From NCBI GenBank assembly GCA_050741515.1, contig JBOIFD010000414.1:14599-78598 (forward strand): 64,000 nucleotides of DNA, read 5' to 3'. Of this stretch, positions 25,057 to 38,506 are shown in pieces. The notes beneath the pieces were generated by a model. The model did not search any database. It had not been told where the DNA came from and worked only from the letters and a program-made list of their open reading frames with translations. Position 1 is the stretch's first letter. Each line of letters starts with the position of its first letter. Both the position numbers and the translations under genes were made by a program. The stretch is from Burkholderiales bacterium (GTDB lineage: Bacteria; Pseudomonadota; Gammaproteobacteria; Burkholderiales; SG8-39).

Positions 25057-25935
25057 ATGGCGGAAATCACCGCGGCACTGGTGAAGGAGCTGCGCGAGAT
25101 CACCGGGCTCGGCATGATGGAGTGCAAGCGTGCGCTCGAGGAAGCGGGCGGTGATCTGAAGAAGGCGGAGGATCTCCTTCGCATCAAGAGCGGCGCCAAG
25201 GCGAGCAAGGCGGCCGGCCGGGTCGCCGCCGAGGGCGTGATCGGGGCGTACCTCTCGCCCGACCGCAAGCTCGGGGCGCTGGTCGAGTTGAACTGCGAAA
25301 CCGACTTCGTGGCGAAGAACGAGGCCGTCCTCGGTTTTGCGCGCGCGCTCGCGGAGGCGGTCGCGAGGGAGAACCCTGCCGACGTCGCTGCGCTCGCAAG
25401 CCTGAGCGTCGGCGGCGAAAACGTCGAGACGAAGCGGCAGGCGCTGATCCAGAAGCTCGGCGAGAACATGGCGATCCGACGGTTCGCCCGCCTGCAGACC
25501 GACGCGAAGCTCGCGCAGTATCTCCACGGCGTCAGGATCGGCGTGATGGTCGACTACGAGGGCGACGACGAGTCGGGCAAGGGCGTGGCGATGCATGTCG
25601 CGTTCGCGAGGCCGCAGTTCCTGTCGAAAGGCGAGGTTGCGCCCGAGATCGTCGCGCGCGAGCGCGCGGTGCAGGAGGCGCGCGCGAAGGAATCGGGCAA
25701 ACCGCCCGAGATCGCGGCCAAGATGATCGAGGGTGCGCTCGGCAAGTTCCTCGGGGAGATCACGCTCCTCGGCCAGCCGTTCGTGATGAACGACAAGCTG
25801 ACGGTCGAGAAGGCGCTGACCGAGAAGAAGACCAGGGTGCGAGGCTACCGCTTTCTGGTCGTCGGCGAGGGGATCGAAAAAAAAAGCAGTGACTTCGCCG
25901 CCGAGGTGATGGCCCAGGCGGGGGCCGGGCGCTAG
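25057..25935 (+). CDS. tsf: Translation elongation factor Ts
   Basis: The ATG at 25057 is preceded by AGGAG. The sequence starts [42 protein letters not shown]. Confidence 0.96.
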   Translation: MAEITAALVKELREITGLGMMECKRALEEAGGDLKKAEDLLRIKSGAKASKAAGRVAAEGVIGAYLSPDRKLGALVELNCETDFVAKNEAVLGFARALAEAVARENPADVAALASLSVGGENVETKRQALIQKLGENMAIRRFARLQTDAKLAQYLHGVRIGVMVDYEGDDESGKGVAMHVAFARPQFLSKGEVAPEIVARERAVQEARAKESGKPPEIAAKMIEGALGKFLGEITLLGQPFVMNDKLTVEKALTEKKTRVRGYRFLVVGEGIEKKSSDFAAEVMAQAGAGR

Positions 25936-25948
25936 CAGGGAGCCGACC

Positions 25949-26665
25949 ATGCCCGAGCCGCGCTACAAGCGGATCCTGCTCAAGCTCTCCGGCGAGGCGC
26001 TGATGGGGGACGACCCCTTCGGCATCAACCGGCAGACGATCGAGACGATCGTCGACGAAGTGGCGGCGATCGCCCAGCTCGGCGTCGAGATCGGTGCGGT
26101 GATCGGCGGCGGCAACATCTTCCGCGGCGTCGCGCTCGGCGCCGCCGGCATGGACCGCGCCACCGCCGACTACATGGGCATGCTGGCGACGGTCATGAAC
26201 GCGCTCGCGCTGGCCGACGTCATGCGCCAGAAGGGTCTCATCGCCCGCGTGCAGTCGGCGATCAACATCGAACAGATCGTCGAGCCCTACATCCGGCCGA
26301 AAGCGATCCGCTATCTCGAGGAGGGCCGGATCGTCATCTTCGCCGCCGGGACCGGCAACCCGTTCTTCACCACCGACACCGCGGCCGCGCTCCGCGGCAG
26401 CGAGATCGGCGCCGAGGTGATGCTGAAGGCGACGAAAGTGGATGGCGTCTACACCGCCGATCCCGCGACCAACCCGGATGCGAAGCGCTACCAGCGCGTT
26501 ACCTTCGACGAGGCGATCGCCAAGAATCTGCGGGTGATGGACGCGACTGCGCTCACGCTGTGCCGGGACCAGAAGCTGCCGGTAATCGTGTTCAGCCTGT
26601 ACAAGCGCGGCGCGCTCGCGCGCGTCGTCATGGGGGAAGACGAGGGGACTCTCGTCCATCTCTAG
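25949..26665 (+). CDS. pyrH: UMP kinase
   Basis: 238-aa ORF with [15 protein letters not shown] and [17 protein letters not shown]. Confidence 0.96.
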   Translation: MPEPRYKRILLKLSGEALMGDDPFGINRQTIETIVDEVAAIAQLGVEIGAVIGGGNIFRGVALGAAGMDRATADYMGMLATVMNALALADVMRQKGLIARVQSAINIEQIVEPYIRPKAIRYLEEGRIVIFAAGTGNPFFTTDTAAALRGSEIGAEVMLKATKVDGVYTADPATNPDAKRYQRVTFDEAIAKNLRVMDATALTLCRDQKLPVIVFSLYKRGALARVVMGEDEGTLVHL

Positions 26666-26678
26666 CCGGGAGGAACGC

Positions 26679-27239
26679 ATGGACGTCGCACACATCCGAA
26701 GGACGGCCGAGGACAGGATGAAGAAGTCGATCGAGGCGCTCAAGGCCGACCTGGCAAAGGTCCGGACCGGACGGGCGCACACCGGCCTCCTCGATCACCT
26801 CCGCGTCGAGTACTACGGCCAGCAGGTGCCGATCAGCCAGGTCGCGAACGTGACGCTCACCGATGCCCGCACCATCGGCATCCAGCCGTGGGAGAAGAAG
26901 ATGGTCGCGGTGGTCGAGAAGGCGATCCGTGAGTCCGATCTCGGGCTGAATCCGGCGACGCAGGGCGAGCTGATCCGCGTGCCCATGCCGGCGCTCACCG
27001 AGGAGCGGCGCAAGGAGCTGACGAAGGTCGTCCGGCACGAGGGCGAGAACACGCGCGTGGCGATCAGGAACCTCCGCCGCGACGCCAACACCCAGCTCAA
27101 GGAGCTGCTCAAGAAGCACGCCATTCCCGAGGACGAGGAGCGCCGGGCGCAGGACGAGGTTCAGAAGCTCACCGACCGCTACGTCGCCGAGGTCGACAAG
27201 CTGCTGCAGCAGAAGGAAGCCGATCTGATGCACGTCTAG
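26679..27239 (+). CDS. frr: Ribosome recycling factor
   Basis: 186-aa ORF with [29 protein letters not shown] and [12 protein letters not shown]. Confidence 0.96.
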   Translation: MDVAHIRRTAEDRMKKSIEALKADLAKVRTGRAHTGLLDHLRVEYYGQQVPISQVANVTLTDARTIGIQPWEKKMVAVVEKAIRESDLGLNPATQGELIRVPMPALTEERRKELTKVVRHEGENTRVAIRNLRRDANTQLKELLKKHAIPEDEERRAQDEVQKLTDRYVAEVDKLLQQKEADLMHV

Positions 27240-27255
27240 CCCGGGACCCGCCACG

Positions 27256-28059
27256 ATGCACGAGAGCACCACGCAGAAGATCCCGCCGACCGGCCCCGTC
27301 CCGCGGCACATCGCCATCATCATGGATGGCAACGGGCGCTGGGCGCGCAGCCGCCTGCTGCCCCGCGTCGCGGGACACCGCCGCGGGGTGGAGTCCGTCC
27401 GCGGCGTCGTCAAGGCGTGCGGCGAGCGCGGCGTCGAGTACCTCACGCTGTTCGCGTTCAGCTCCGAGAACTGGCGCCGCCCCGCCGAGGAGATCTCGGT
27501 GCTCAAGCAGCTCTTCCACGTCGCCCTCGAGCAGGAGGTGAGCAAGCTGCACGAGGTCGGAATCCGCCTGCGCGTGGTCGGCAACGTCGCGCCGTTCGGC
27601 GAGACGATCGCCGGCCTCGTGCGCCGGGCCGAGGCGCTGACGGCGGCGAACCGGCGGCTGACGCTGACGATCGCCGCCAACTACGGCGGGCGCTGGGACC
27701 TGCTGCAGGCGATCAACGCGATGGTGCGCGAGCACCCGGAGAAGGCGGGGTCGTTCGGCGAGAACGACCTCGCGCCGTACCTCGCGATGAGCTACGCACC
27801 GGAGCCGGATCTTTTCATCCGCACCGGCGGCGAGCAGCGCATCAGCAACTTCCTGCTCTGGCACCTCGCCTACAGCGAGCTGTACTTCACCGACACCCTC
27901 TGGCCCGATTTCGACGCTGCGGCGCTCGACGCGGCGATCGCCTCCTACCAGCAGCGCGAGCGCCGATTCGGCCGGACGAGCGAGCAGCTGACTGCAGCCG
28001 TCGCAACCGAAGAGCTTCCCGTTGTCGTTCGCTCCGACGCACGCCGCCGACTGGCGTAG
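27256..28059 (+). CDS. uppS: Ditrans,polycis-undecaprenyl-diphosphate synthase
   Basis: 267-aa ORF with [13 protein letters not shown] and [24 protein letters not shown]. Confidence 0.93.
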   Translation: MHESTTQKIPPTGPVPRHIAIIMDGNGRWARSRLLPRVAGHRRGVESVRGVVKACGERGVEYLTLFAFSSENWRRPAEEISVLKQLFHVALEQEVSKLHEVGIRLRVVGNVAPFGETIAGLVRRAEALTAANRRLTLTIAANYGGRWDLLQAINAMVREHPEKAGSFGENDLAPYLAMSYAPEPDLFIRTGGEQRISNFLLWHLAYSELYFTDTLWPDFDAAALDAAIASYQQRERRFGRTSEQLTAAVATEELPVVVRSDARRRLA

Positions 28060-28069
28060 GCCCGGCGCG

Positions 28070-28896
28070 ATGCTCCGCGACCGGGTCGTCACGGCAGCGG
28101 TGCTCGCGGCGTGCTTGCTCGCGGCGCTCTTCTGGCTGCCGCCGCTCGGCTGGACTGCCCTGGCGAGCGGCGTCCTCGCCCTGGCCGCGTGGGAGTGGGC
28201 CGGGTTCGCGCGCTGTGCGACGGGCGGACGCCTCGCGTACGCGGCCGCTTCGGTCGCCGCGCTCGTCGCCGCCGCGCACGCCTTCAACCTGGCGACCGGC
28301 GCGGCCGGCACCATCGCGCTCACGCCGGTCTACGGGCTGGCCGCGGTCTTCTGGGCGGTCGGGGCGCCGATCTGGCTCGCGCGGCGGCCGCGCAATGCGC
28401 CCGCAGCGCTGGTGCTCGGCGCAGGCTGGGTCGTGCTGCTGCCCGCGTTCCTCGCCCTGATCCACCTGCGCAACCTCGACCCGCGGTCGCTGCTGCTGTT
28501 CATGACGATCGTATGGATCGCCGACAGCGCCGCATACTTTGTGGGCCGCCGCTTCGGGCGGCACAAGCTCGCGCCGCGAATCAGCCCGGGCAAGACTTGG
28601 GAGGGCTTGGCCGCGGCGCTGGTCGCGACTGCGGTGTACGCTTTCGTCTGGATCGCCTTCGCCCGCGGCGCGACCCCGGCCGTGGTGCGTGACCTCCCGT
28701 GGAGTCCGGCGTGGATGCTGGTGCTGGTCGAAGCCCTCGCCGTGCTGTCGGTGATCGGCGATCTCTTCGAGTCGGCGATGAAGCGTCAGGCGGGACTCAA
28801 GGATAGCGGCGGGCTGCTGCCCGGCCACGGCGGCGTCCTCGACCGCATCGACGCCCTGACGCCGGTGCTGCCCGTGGCCGCGCTCGTGAGCCTCGT

Positions 28897-28900
<4 letters not shown>
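28070..28900 (+). CDS. cdsA: Phosphatidate cytidylyltransferase
   Basis: I place the start at the ATG at 28070 ([14 protein letters not shown]), after the uppS stop. The protein is polytopic and carries the CDS signature [27 protein letters not shown]. Confidence 0.88.
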
Positions 28901-30096
<1,196 letters not shown>

Positions 30097-30128
30097 GCGC
30101 ATGGGCGCGCCGGGGCGAGGGTAGTCCA

Positions 30129-31496
30129 ATGGGCCTGCTGCATACCGTCGCATCGTTCATCGTGGCGCTCGGCGTGCTCATCGTCGTGCACGAGCTCGGC
30201 CACTATCTCGTCGCGCGGTGGTGCGGCGTGAAGGTGCTGCGGTTCTCGGTCGGGTTCGGCCGGGCGCTCGCCGCATGGCGCGTCGGACCCGACCGCACCG
30301 AATGGGTCGTCGCCGCCGTGCCGCTCGGCGGATATGTGAAGATGGTCGACGAGCGCGAGGGGGAAGTGGCGCCCGCGGATCGGCCGCGCGCGTTCAACCG
30401 GCAGAGCGTGTGGCGGCGGATCGCGATCGTCGCCGCCGGGCCGGTGGCGAACTTCCTGCTTGCGATCCTGCTGTACTGGATGCTGTTCATGTCGGGCGTG
30501 CAGGAAGCCAAACCGATCCTCGCCGGCCCGGATCCAGGGACGGTCGCCGCGCAGGCGGGGGTTGCGCGCGGGGACACGATCCGCGCGATCAACGACGAGC
30601 CGGCGGCGGGCTGGCAGGAGGTCCGGTGGCGTCTGCTGCAGCTCGCGCTCGACCGGAAGAGCGCGCGGCTCGAGGTGATCGACGCGCGCGGTGCGATCGG
30701 CTCGCGCACGCTCGACCTCTCGCGCTTCGCCACCGATGAGCTCGAGGGGGATCTGCTCGCGAAGCTGGGCTTGAGGCTGCTGCGGCCCGACCTGCCGGCA
30801 GTGATCGGCAAGGTGGTTCCGGGCAGCGTCGCCGAGCGCGCCGGCCTGGCCGAGGGCGACCGCGTCGTCGCGATCGACGGGGCGCGGGTCGCGAGCTGGG
30901 AGGCGCTGGTCGCGAAAGTCCGCGCGAGCCCCGGGCGCGCGCTCGTGCTCGAAGTCGAGCGCGACGGGCGGCGCCGGGGGATCGAGCTCACTCCCGAGGC
31001 GGCGACGCAGCAGGGCGCGGAGACCATCGGCCGCATCGGTGCCGCGCCGCACGTCGACCCGGACGCGCTCAAGGACTACTACCTCGAGATTCGTTACGGG
31101 CCCGTCGCCGCGGCCGGCAAGGCGGTGGCGAGGACCTGGGAGATGTCGGTCTTCAGCCTGCGCATGCTCGGCAAGATGATCGTGGGCGAGATCTCGTGGC
31201 GAAACCTCTCCGGTCCGGTCACGATCGCCGATTACGCCGGACAGTCGGCGAGTCTGGGGCTCGCGCCGTATCTCTCGTTCCTCGCGCTGATCTCGATCAG
31301 TCTCGGCGTGCTCAACCTGCTGCCGATCCCGCTCCTCGACGGCGGGCACCTGATGTACTATACGATCGAGTTGTTGAAGGGCAGTCCGGTCTCGGAGCGC
31401 GTGATGGAGCTCGGCCAGCGCGCGGGGCTCGCGGTACTTCTCTTCCTGATGGCGTTCGCGTTCTATAACGACATACATCGCCTACTCTCGGGCTGA
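30129..31496 (+). CDS. rseP: RIP zinc metalloprotease RseP
   Basis: ATG at 30129. It has HExxH (VVHELGHYLVARWCGV), PDZ-like middle regions and the C-terminal motif NLLPIPLLDGGH. Confidence 0.92.
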   Translation: MGLLHTVASFIVALGVLIVVHELGHYLVARWCGVKVLRFSVGFGRALAAWRVGPDRTEWVVAAVPLGGYVKMVDEREGEVAPADRPRAFNRQSVWRRIAIVAAGPVANFLLAILLYWMLFMSGVQEAKPILAGPDPGTVAAQAGVARGDTIRAINDEPAAGWQEVRWRLLQLALDRKSARLEVIDARGAIGSRTLDLSRFATDELEGDLLAKLGLRLLRPDLPAVIGKVVPGSVAERAGLAEGDRVVAIDGARVASWEALVAKVRASPGRALVLEVERDGRRRGIELTPEAATQQGAETIGRIGAAPHVDPDALKDYYLEIRYGPVAAAGKAVARTWEMSVFSLRMLGKMIVGEISWRNLSGPVTIADYAGQSASLGLAPYLSFLALISISLGVLNLLPIPLLDGGHLMYYTIELLKGSPVSERVMELGQRAGLAVLLFLMAFAFYNDIHRLLSG

Positions 31497-31512
31497 CGCC
31501 GCTGCGAACTGG

Positions 31513-33837
31513 ATGACCAAGCGCCTGTTCGCAGCCCTGCTCGGGGTGCTCCTGGCTCGGTATGCGCTGGCATTCGAGCCGTTCGTCATTCGCGACATCC
31601 GCATCGAGGGCATCCAGCGCGTCGAAGCCGGCACCGTGTTCGGCTATCTGCCGGTCAAGGTCGGCGAGACCATGACCGAGGCCAAGGCGGCGCAGGCGAT
31701 CCGCGCGCTGTTCGGCACCGGTCTCTTCAAGGACGTCCGCGTCGAGGTCGAGGGCGACGTTCTCGTCGTCGTCGTCGAGGAGCGCCCGTCGATCGCGCAG
31801 ATCGACTTCGTCGGGATGAAGGACCTGCCGGCCGACCAGGTCAGGAAGGCGCTGCGGGAAAACGGCGTCGCCGAGGGCCGGACGTTCGACAAGGCGGTCG
31901 TCGACCAGGCCGAGCAGGAAATCAAGCGCCAATACCTCAGCCGCGGGCGCTACGGCGTTACGGTCACGACGACGGTCACGCCGCTCGACCGCAACCGCGT
32001 CGCCGTCAACTTCACGGTCGACGAGGGCGAGATCGCGCGGATCAAGAGCATCAACGTCGTCGGGAACCGCGGCTTCACGGAAAGCGAGCTGCTCGGTCTG
32101 ATCCAGCTCCAGACCCCGGGCCTGCTCACCTGGTACACGAAGAACGACCAGTACTCGCGGCAGAAGCTCGCGGCCGATCTGGAGACGCTCCGCTCGTACT
32201 ACCTCAACCGCGGCTATCTCGACTTCAACATCGAGTCGACCCAGGTGTCGATCTCCCCGGACAAGCGCGATATCTACATCACGATCAACCTCACCGAAGG
32301 CGAGAAGTACACCGTGACCGACGTCAAGCTCGGCGGCGACCTGCTCCTCCCCGAGGCCGAGCTGATGCGACTGGTGCAGGTGAAGCCGGGCGAACCGTTC
32401 TCCCGGGAGAAGCTCGCCGAGTCGACCAAGGCGATTGCCGAACGGCTGGGCAACGAGGGCTACGCGTTCGCCAACGCGAACTCCGTACCGGACGTCAACA
32501 AGGACAAGCGGACCGTCGGCTTCACGATCATGATCGATCCGGGCCGCCGCGTGTACGTGCGGCGGATCAACATCGTCGGCAACACCAAGACCCGCGACGA
32601 AGTCGTCCGCCGGGAACTGCGCCAGCTCGAAGGCGGGTTCTACGACGGCCAGAAGCTGCAGATCTCGCGCCAGCGGGTCGACAAGCTGAATTACTTCGAC
32701 TCGGTGGAGCTCGAGACCGAACCGGTGGCCGGCTCGAGCGACCAGGTCGACATCAACTTCAAGGTGAAGGAGAAGGCGACCGGGAGCCTGCTGTTCGGGG
32801 TGGGGTTCTCGAGCAGCGACGGGCTGACCCTGCAGGGGTCGCTCAGCCAGGCCAACATTTTCGGCAGCGGCAACTCGGTGACGCTCAGCGCGAATACGAG
32901 CCAGGTCAACCGCAACATCGGGTTCTCGTTCGTGAATCCGTACTTCACCGTCGACGGCGTCAGCGCCGGAGTCAACGTCTACAACCGCCGCTTCGACGCC
33001 GACGCGCTCGATGTCGGCAACTACGTCACCGAGACGCTCGGGGGCGGCGTGCAGGTCGGCTTCCCGACGGCCGAGTTCGACCGCGTCAGCGTGGCGGTGG
33101 CGCTCGAGCAGACCAAGATCGATCTGTTCGCGGACAGCCCGCAGCGCTTCATCGACTTCGTCAATCAGAACGGCACCGAGCCGGTGTCGCTGCCCGTCAC
33201 CGTCTCGTGGGCCCGCGACCGGCGCGACAGCGCGATCTTCCCGACCACCGGGACGTTTCAGCGCGTGTTCACGGAGGTCGCAGCGCCGGGCTTCGACCTC
33301 AAGTACTACAAGCTCGGCTACCAGCTCACCTGGTATTACCCGATCACTCGCGACGTGATCGGCATGTTGAACGGCCTGATCGGCTACGGCGGCGGCTACA
33401 GCGGCAACACGCTCCCGTTCTTCAAGGCGTACTACGCCGGCGGTCCGGGAACCGTGCGGGGCTACGACACCGCCTCGCTGGGCCCGCGCGACCCCGAGGG
33501 CGTGCTCGGCGGCAGCCGGCAGGCGGTCGCCAACGCCGAGGTCACCTTCCCGTTCCCGGGAATGGGCCAGGACCGTTCGCTCCGCCTGGGGGCGTTCTTC
33601 GACGCCGGCCAGGTCTGGAGCGACCAGCCCGGCTTCGGCTTCGGCGACAAGGGCACGGCCACCAACAGCAGCGGGGCGTCCGTCTCCTATGATCTCCGTT
33701 TGCGGTATTCTGCCGGCGCGATCATTGCCTGGAACTCGCCACTCGGCCCGCTGCGGCTGTTCTACGCCGTGCCGCTCAACGACCAGCCGGGTGACCAGCT
33801 GCAGAAGTTTCAGTTCGTTTTCGGCCACGCGTTCTAG
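31513..33837 (+). CDS. bamA: Outer membrane protein assembly factor BamA
   Basis: 774-aa ORF with a signal peptide, POTRA-like repeats ([19 protein letters not shown]...) and a beta-barrel ending QFVFGHAF with a terminal aromatic residue. Confidence 0.94.
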   Translation: MTKRLFAALLGVLLARYALAFEPFVIRDIRIEGIQRVEAGTVFGYLPVKVGETMTEAKAAQAIRALFGTGLFKDVRVEVEGDVLVVVVEERPSIAQIDFVGMKDLPADQVRKALRENGVAEGRTFDKAVVDQAEQEIKRQYLSRGRYGVTVTTTVTPLDRNRVAVNFTVDEGEIARIKSINVVGNRGFTESELLGLIQLQTPGLLTWYTKNDQYSRQKLAADLETLRSYYLNRGYLDFNIESTQVSISPDKRDIYITINLTEGEKYTVTDVKLGGDLLLPEAELMRLVQVKPGEPFSREKLAESTKAIAERLGNEGYAFANANSVPDVNKDKRTVGFTIMIDPGRRVYVRRINIVGNTKTRDEVVRRELRQLEGGFYDGQKLQISRQRVDKLNYFDSVELETEPVAGSSDQVDINFKVKEKATGSLLFGVGFSSSDGLTLQGSLSQANIFGSGNSVTLSANTSQVNRNIGFSFVNPYFTVDGVSAGVNVYNRRFDADALDVGNYVTETLGGGVQVGFPTAEFDRVSVAVALEQTKIDLFADSPQRFIDFVNQNGTEPVSLPVTVSWARDRRDSAIFPTTGTFQRVFTEVAAPGFDLKYYKLGYQLTWYYPITRDVIGMLNGLIGYGGGYSGNTLPFFKAYYAGGPGTVRGYDTASLGPRDPEGVLGGSRQAVANAEVTFPFPGMGQDRSLRLGAFFDAGQVWSDQPGFGFGDKGTATNSSGASVSYDLRLRYSAGAIIAWNSPLGPLRLFYAVPLNDQPGDQLQKFQFVFGHAF

Positions 33838-33866
33838 CGCGCGATCGCCTGACCTGGGAGACAAAG

Positions 33867-34379
33867 TTGGCGAAGTTGCAGTGGTTGCTGGCACTGACGC
33901 TCCTCGCGCTCGCAAGCGCCGGGCAGGCACAAGCCGAGAAGATCGGGTTCGTGAACCTCGACCGGATCCTGCGCGACGCTGCGCCGGCGGTTCGCGCGCA
34001 GAAGAAGCTGGAGGCGGAGTTCGCGAAGCGCGAGCAGGAGCTCGCCAAGATGGCCGACCAGCTGAAGCGCACGCAGCAGACCCTCGAGAAGAACGCGGTG
34101 ACGATGACGGAGTCGGATCGCGGCAAGCGGGAGCGCGAGTTCGCCGAGCTGACGCGCGACTTCCAGCGCAAGCAGCGCGAGACTCGGGAGGACTTCAATC
34201 AGCGCCGCAACGAGGAGCTGTCCGGGATCCTCGAGCGCGCCAACCGCGTGGTGCGCCAGATCGCCGAGGCGGAGAAGTTCGACATCATTTTCCAGGAGGC
34301 GGTGTTCGCGAGCCCGCGCATCGACATCACCGAGAAGGTGATCCGGGCCCTCGACGACACCTCGCCGGCAAAGAAGTAG
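33867..34379 (+). CDS. skp: OmpH/Skp family periplasmic chaperone
   Basis: 170-aa ORF with a TTG start after GGGAGA. It has a signal peptide ([16 protein letters not shown]) and a lysine/glutamate-rich coiled region. It sits at the conserved position between bamA and lpxD. Confidence 0.85.
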   Translation: MAKLQWLLALTLLALASAGQAQAEKIGFVNLDRILRDAAPAVRAQKKLEAEFAKREQELAKMADQLKRTQQTLEKNAVTMTESDRGKREREFAELTRDFQRKQRETREDFNQRRNEELSGILERANRVVRQIAEAEKFDIIFQEAVFASPRIDITEKVIRALDDTSPAKK

Positions 34380-34384
34380 GCTCG

Positions 34385-35425
34385 ATGGCGCACGGCCCGT
34401 TCCGGCTCGCCGAGATCGTCGCGAGATTCGGCGGGGAGCTGGTCGGCGACCAGGACGTCGTCGTGCGCCGGATCGCCACCCTCTCGGGCGCGGGGCCGGG
34501 CGAGCTCTCGTTCCTGACCCACCTGCGGTACCGCGGCGAGCTCGCCGCCACCCACGCCTCCGCGGTCATCGTCCCCGAGAGCGCGCGCGGGGCAACCGCG
34601 CTGCCGCGGATCGTCTGCCGCGACCCGTACGCCTACTTCGCGCGCGTATCGACGCTGTTCAATCCGCCGCCGCCGCCGGTCCCCGGGGTGCATCCGGCGG
34701 CGGTGGTCTCGCCGGAGGCGCACGTCGCGCCCTCGGCGAGCGTGGGGCCGGCGTGCGTCGTGGAGCGTGGCGCACGGATCGGGGAGGGTGTCGTGCTCGG
34801 GGCCGGATGCTTCGTTGGCGAAGCGGCGTCGATCGGCCGCGACAGCCGGTTGTATCCCCACGTGACGATCGGAGCGCGATGCGTGGTCGGCGCTCGGGCA
34901 ATCGTGCATGCCGGGGTGGTGATCGGCGCCGACGGGTTCGGTTTCGCGCCGGAAGGCGGCGAGTGGATCAAGATCCCGCAGGTCGGCCGGGTAGTGCTCG
35001 GTAGCGACGTCGAGATCGGCGCCAACACGACGCTCGACCGCGGCGCAATCGACGACACGGTCATCGAGGACGGCGTGAAGATCGACAACCAGGTTCAGAT
35101 CGGGCACAACTGCTGGATCGGCGCCCATACCGCGATTGCGGGCTGCGTGGGGATCGCCGGCTCGACGCGGATCGGCCGGCACTGCCTGATCGGGGGTGCC
35201 GCCATGATCGGCGGGCATCTCGAGATCGCCGACCGCGTGGTGATCACTGGCTCGAGCGGCGTCAGCAAGTCGATCTCCGCGACCGGCGTCTACAGCGGCG
35301 CGCTGCCCGCGACCGACGCCAGGGCATGGCGCCGGACCCTGGCGCTGCTGCGGAACCTCGAACGGCTCGCAGCCCGGATCCGCGAGCTCGAGCGGCGCGT
35401 GGCTACCCTGGAGCGACCGCGATGA
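34385..35425 (+). CDS. lpxD: UDP-3-O-(3-hydroxyacyl)glucosamine N-acyltransferase
   Basis: The ATG at 34385 gives [21 protein letters not shown]. The body is left-handed beta-helix hexapeptide repeats. Confidence 0.93.
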   Translation: MAHGPFRLAEIVARFGGELVGDQDVVVRRIATLSGAGPGELSFLTHLRYRGELAATHASAVIVPESARGATALPRIVCRDPYAYFARVSTLFNPPPPPVPGVHPAAVVSPEAHVAPSASVGPACVVERGARIGEGVVLGAGCFVGEAASIGRDSRLYPHVTIGARCVVGARAIVHAGVVIGADGFGFAPEGGEWIKIPQVGRVVLGSDVEIGANTTLDRGAIDDTVIEDGVKIDNQVQIGHNCWIGAHTAIAGCVGIAGSTRIGRHCLIGGAAMIGGHLEIADRVVITGSSGVSKSISATGVYSGALPATDARAWRRTLALLRNLERLAARIRELERRVATLERPR

Positions 35426-35865
35426 GCGTGATGGACATCAAGACGGTCCTCGAGCGGCTTCCGCACCGCTACCCGTTCCTGCTCGTCGACCGCGTGCTCG
35501 AGTGCGAAGTGGGCAAGCGCATCGTGGCGCTCAAGAACGTCACCATCAACGAGCCGTTCTTCCCCGGGCACTTCCCCCACCATCCGATCATGCCGGGGGT
35601 GATGCTGATCGAGGCGATGGCCCAGGCGGCCGCGATCCTCGCGTTCGAGTCGAGCAAGCTGCGCCCGGACGACAAGTCGGTGGTGTATTTCCTCGGCATC
35701 GACGAGGCGCGGTTCAAGAGTCCGGTGGTGCCGGGCGACCAGCTCGTCCTCGAGGCGCGCATCGAGCGGCACCTCAAGGGGGTGTGGAAATTCGCGGCCG
35801 AGGCACGCGTTGGCGAGCGCGTGGCCGCAGTGGCCAAGATGATGTGCGCTTTGCGCGACGCCTGA
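35422..35865 (+). CDS. fabZ: 3-hydroxyacyl-ACP dehydratase FabZ
   Basis: The ATG overlaps the lpxD stop (ATGA). Motifs are [13 protein letters not shown] and [23 protein letters not shown]. Confidence 0.95.
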   Translation: MSVMDIKTVLERLPHRYPFLLVDRVLECEVGKRIVALKNVTINEPFFPGHFPHHPIMPGVMLIEAMAQAAAILAFESSKLRPDDKSVVYFLGIDEARFKSPVVPGDQLVLEARIERHLKGVWKFAAEARVGERVAAVAKMMCALRDA

Positions 35866-35905
35866 GGTCACGGGCGGCGGTGGGTGACGCTGTAGCGGCT
35901 TGCGA

Positions 35906-36676
35906 ATGATCCATCCAACCGCGATCGTGCATCCGCACGCCGAGCTCGGCGCGAACGTGACCGTCGGCGCCTACTCGATCGTAGGCGAGCACGTCGAGAT
36001 CGGCGACCGGACCGCGATCGGACCGCACACGATCGTCGAGGGGCCGACCCGCATCGGCCGCGACAACCGGATCGGCAGCTTCAGCGTTCTCGGCGGGCCG
36101 CCGCAGGACAAGAAGTACGCTGGCGAGCCGACGCGGCTGGAGATCGGCGACCGCAACACGATCCGCGAGTACTGCACCCTCAACCGCGGCACGACGAAGG
36201 ACGCCCGCGTCACGCGCATCGGCGACGACAACTGGATCATGGCCTACGTCCACGTCGCCCACGACTGCCAGATCGGGAGCAACACGGTGTTCGCCAACAA
36301 CGCCCAGCTCTCGGGCCACGTCGATGTCGGTGACTGGGCAATCCTGGGCGGCTTCACCGGGGTGGTGCAGTTCATTCGCATCGGCGCGCACGTCATGGTC
36401 GGCGGCGGCACCATCCTGCGCCAGGACGTGCCGCCGTACGTAACGGTGGCGGGCAACCCGGCCAAGGTGTTCGGGATCAACAGCGAGGGGCTCCGCCGGC
36501 GGAGCTTCCCTCCGGGGGCGATCGAGGGATTGCAACGCGCCTACCGCACGCTCTATCGGAGCGGGCTGCCATTGGCCGACGCGCAGATCGCCCTCGCCGA
36601 GCAGGCCGAGGCGACGCCCGAGATTGCACTGCTCGTGGACTTCCTCCAGACCGCGGCCCGCGGGATCGTCCGGTAG
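35906..36676 (+). CDS. lpxA: Acyl-ACP--UDP-N-acetylglucosamine O-acyltransferase
   Basis: I place the start at the ATG at 35906 (MIHPTAIVHPHAELGANV); the ORF track starts 6 nt earlier at a TTG. It has hexapeptide repeats. Confidence 0.94.
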   Translation: MIHPTAIVHPHAELGANVTVGAYSIVGEHVEIGDRTAIGPHTIVEGPTRIGRDNRIGSFSVLGGPPQDKKYAGEPTRLEIGDRNTIREYCTLNRGTTKDARVTRIGDDNWIMAYVHVAHDCQIGSNTVFANNAQLSGHVDVGDWAILGGFTGVVQFIRIGAHVMVGGGTILRQDVPPYVTVAGNPAKVFGINSEGLRRRSFPPGAIEGLQRAYRTLYRSGLPLADAQIALAEQAEATPEIALLVDFLQTAARGIVR

Positions 36677-36685
36677 GGCGCGGCC

Positions 36686-37861
36686 TTGGCTCCGCCGGTC
36701 CGCATCGCCATGGTCGCGGGGGAAGCGTCCGGAGACCTCCTCGGCAGCCGGGTGATGGAGGCGCTCCGCCGGCGAGTTCCGGAGGCGGTGTTCTGCGGCA
36801 TCGGCGGCCCCCACATGGTAGCGGCGCGGTTCGACTCCTGGTTTCCCCAGGAAACGCTCGCGGTGCGCGGGTTCGTGGAAGTCCTGCGCCACCTCCCCGA
36901 AGTGCTGGCCGTGCGACGCGCGCTGGCGCAGCGGTTGAAGGCCGAGCCGCCGGAGCTCTTCGTGGGGATCGACGCCCCGGAGTTCAACCTGGGTCTGGAG
37001 CGCCGGCTCAAGCGCTCCGGCGTCGTCACCGTGCATCTCGTGAGCCCGCAAGTGTGGGCGTGGCGGCCGGGCCGTATCGAGACCTTGCGCGCCGCAGTAT
37101 CGCGGGTCCTGGTGCTGTTTCCGTTCGAGGAGGCGATCTACCGGGCCGCCGACATCCCCGTCACCTACGTCGGCCATCCGCTCGCGGACGAGGTTCCCGA
37201 GCGCATCGATCGCGAGGCCATACGCGTCGAGCTGCGGCTGCCGGCGCTCGCCCCGGTGGTGGCGGTGCTGCCCGGCAGCCGCCAGTCCGAGATCGCGATG
37301 ATGGCCGCAACGTTCATCGAGACCGCCAAGCTCATCGCGCGCCGGGTTCCCGAGGTGCGGTTCCTGGTCCCGTTGGTCACTCGCGAGACGCGGGCGCTGT
37401 TCGAAGAAGAGGTCTACCGCCGGGACGCTCGCGAGCTCTCCATGACGCTGCTCTTCGGCCACGCGCAGGACGCGCTCGGCGCCTGTGACGTCGCGCTTGC
37501 GGCGAGCGGCACGGTCACGCTGGAGGCCGCGCTCAACCACCGGGCGATGGTGATCGCCTATAAGGTTGCGCCGCTTTCCTGGGCGATCGCCAGCCGTCTC
37601 GTGCGGGTGCGGCACATCGGACTGCCGAACATCCTGTGCGGCGAGCCGGTGGTGCCCGAGTTCCTCCAGGGCGACGCCACGCCCGAGAACCTCGCGCAGG
37701 CGGTGGTGAACCTTCTGAACGACGGACCGGTGCGGCGCGCAGTCGAGCAGCGCTTCGAGCGGCTGCATGGCGAGATGCGCCGCAACGCGGCGGAGCGGGC
37801 GGCCGAGGCACTGGTGCCACTCATTCCCGGCGGGCGGGCCGGGGCAACGCAGCCGGCATAG
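36686..37861 (+). CDS. lpxB: Lipid-A-disaccharide synthase
   Basis: 391-aa ORF with a TTG start. It has [15 protein letters not shown] at the N-terminus and overall LpxB length. Confidence 0.92.
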   Translation: MAPPVRIAMVAGEASGDLLGSRVMEALRRRVPEAVFCGIGGPHMVAARFDSWFPQETLAVRGFVEVLRHLPEVLAVRRALAQRLKAEPPELFVGIDAPEFNLGLERRLKRSGVVTVHLVSPQVWAWRPGRIETLRAAVSRVLVLFPFEEAIYRAADIPVTYVGHPLADEVPERIDREAIRVELRLPALAPVVAVLPGSRQSEIAMMAATFIETAKLIARRVPEVRFLVPLVTRETRALFEEEVYRRDARELSMTLLFGHAQDALGACDVALAASGTVTLEAALNHRAMVIAYKVAPLSWAIASRLVRVRHIGLPNILCGEPVVPEFLQGDATPENLAQAVVNLLNDGPVRRAVEQRFERLHGEMRRNAAERAAEALVPLIPGGRAGATQPA

Positions 37862-37866
37862 ACGAG

Positions 37867-38469
37867 ATGACACGTGGCGCAGGGCTGCTGTGCGGAGTGG
37901 ACGAGGCCGGGCGCGGTCCGCTCGCCGGGCCGGTCTTCGCCGCGGCGGTCGTTCTCGATCCCCGCCGGCGGATCCGCGGCCTCGACGACTCGAAGAAGCT
38001 CCCCGAACGCACCCGGCTCGAGCTGGCAAGCCTGATCAAGGAGCGCGCGATCGCCTGGGCCGTGGCGAGCGCGTCGGTCGAGGAGATCGACGCACTGAAT
38101 ATCCTGGGTGCGACGCTGCTGGCGATGGAACGGGCGATCGCGGCGCTCGGCATCGCCCCCGATCGCGTGCTGGTCGATGGCCTGCACTGCCCGGCGACCG
38201 CGCTCGACACGAGGGCGGTCGTGGACGGGGATGCGAAAGTGAAGGCGATCTCCGCGGCATCGATTCTCGCCAAAACGGCCCGCGACGGCGAGATGGTCCG
38301 GCTCGCGGCCGTCCATCCGCAGTACGGGTTCGACCGACACAAGGGCTACCCGACGCCCGAGCACTTCGCGTGCCTCCACCGGTTCGGGCCGTGCGCCGTC
38401 CACCGGCGGAGCTTCCATCCGGTCCGGCGGCTGCTGGCACAGGGCGAGCTGTTCCCCCTTGGCGGCTGA
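37867..38469 (+). CDS. rnhB: Ribonuclease HII
   Basis: ATG at 37867. Motifs are [22 protein letters not shown] and LDDSKKL. Confidence 0.93.
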   Translation: MTRGAGLLCGVDEAGRGPLAGPVFAAAVVLDPRRRIRGLDDSKKLPERTRLELASLIKERAIAWAVASASVEEIDALNILGATLLAMERAIAALGIAPDRVLVDGLHCPATALDTRAVVDGDAKVKAISAASILAKTARDGEMVRLAAVHPQYGFDRHKGYPTPEHFACLHRFGPCAVHRRSFHPVRRLLAQGELFPLGG

Positions 38470-38506
38470 CGCAACCGGCACCGCAGCCGATCAGGATCCT
38501 GGCCGC

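Noticed and set aside
31312-33930. 872-aa minus-strand ORF
   Set aside because: It is antisense to bamA, with the same shadow-frame signature.
35774-38029. 751-aa minus-strand ORF
   Set aside because: It is antisense to lpxA, lpxB and rnhB, and it has no motifs.
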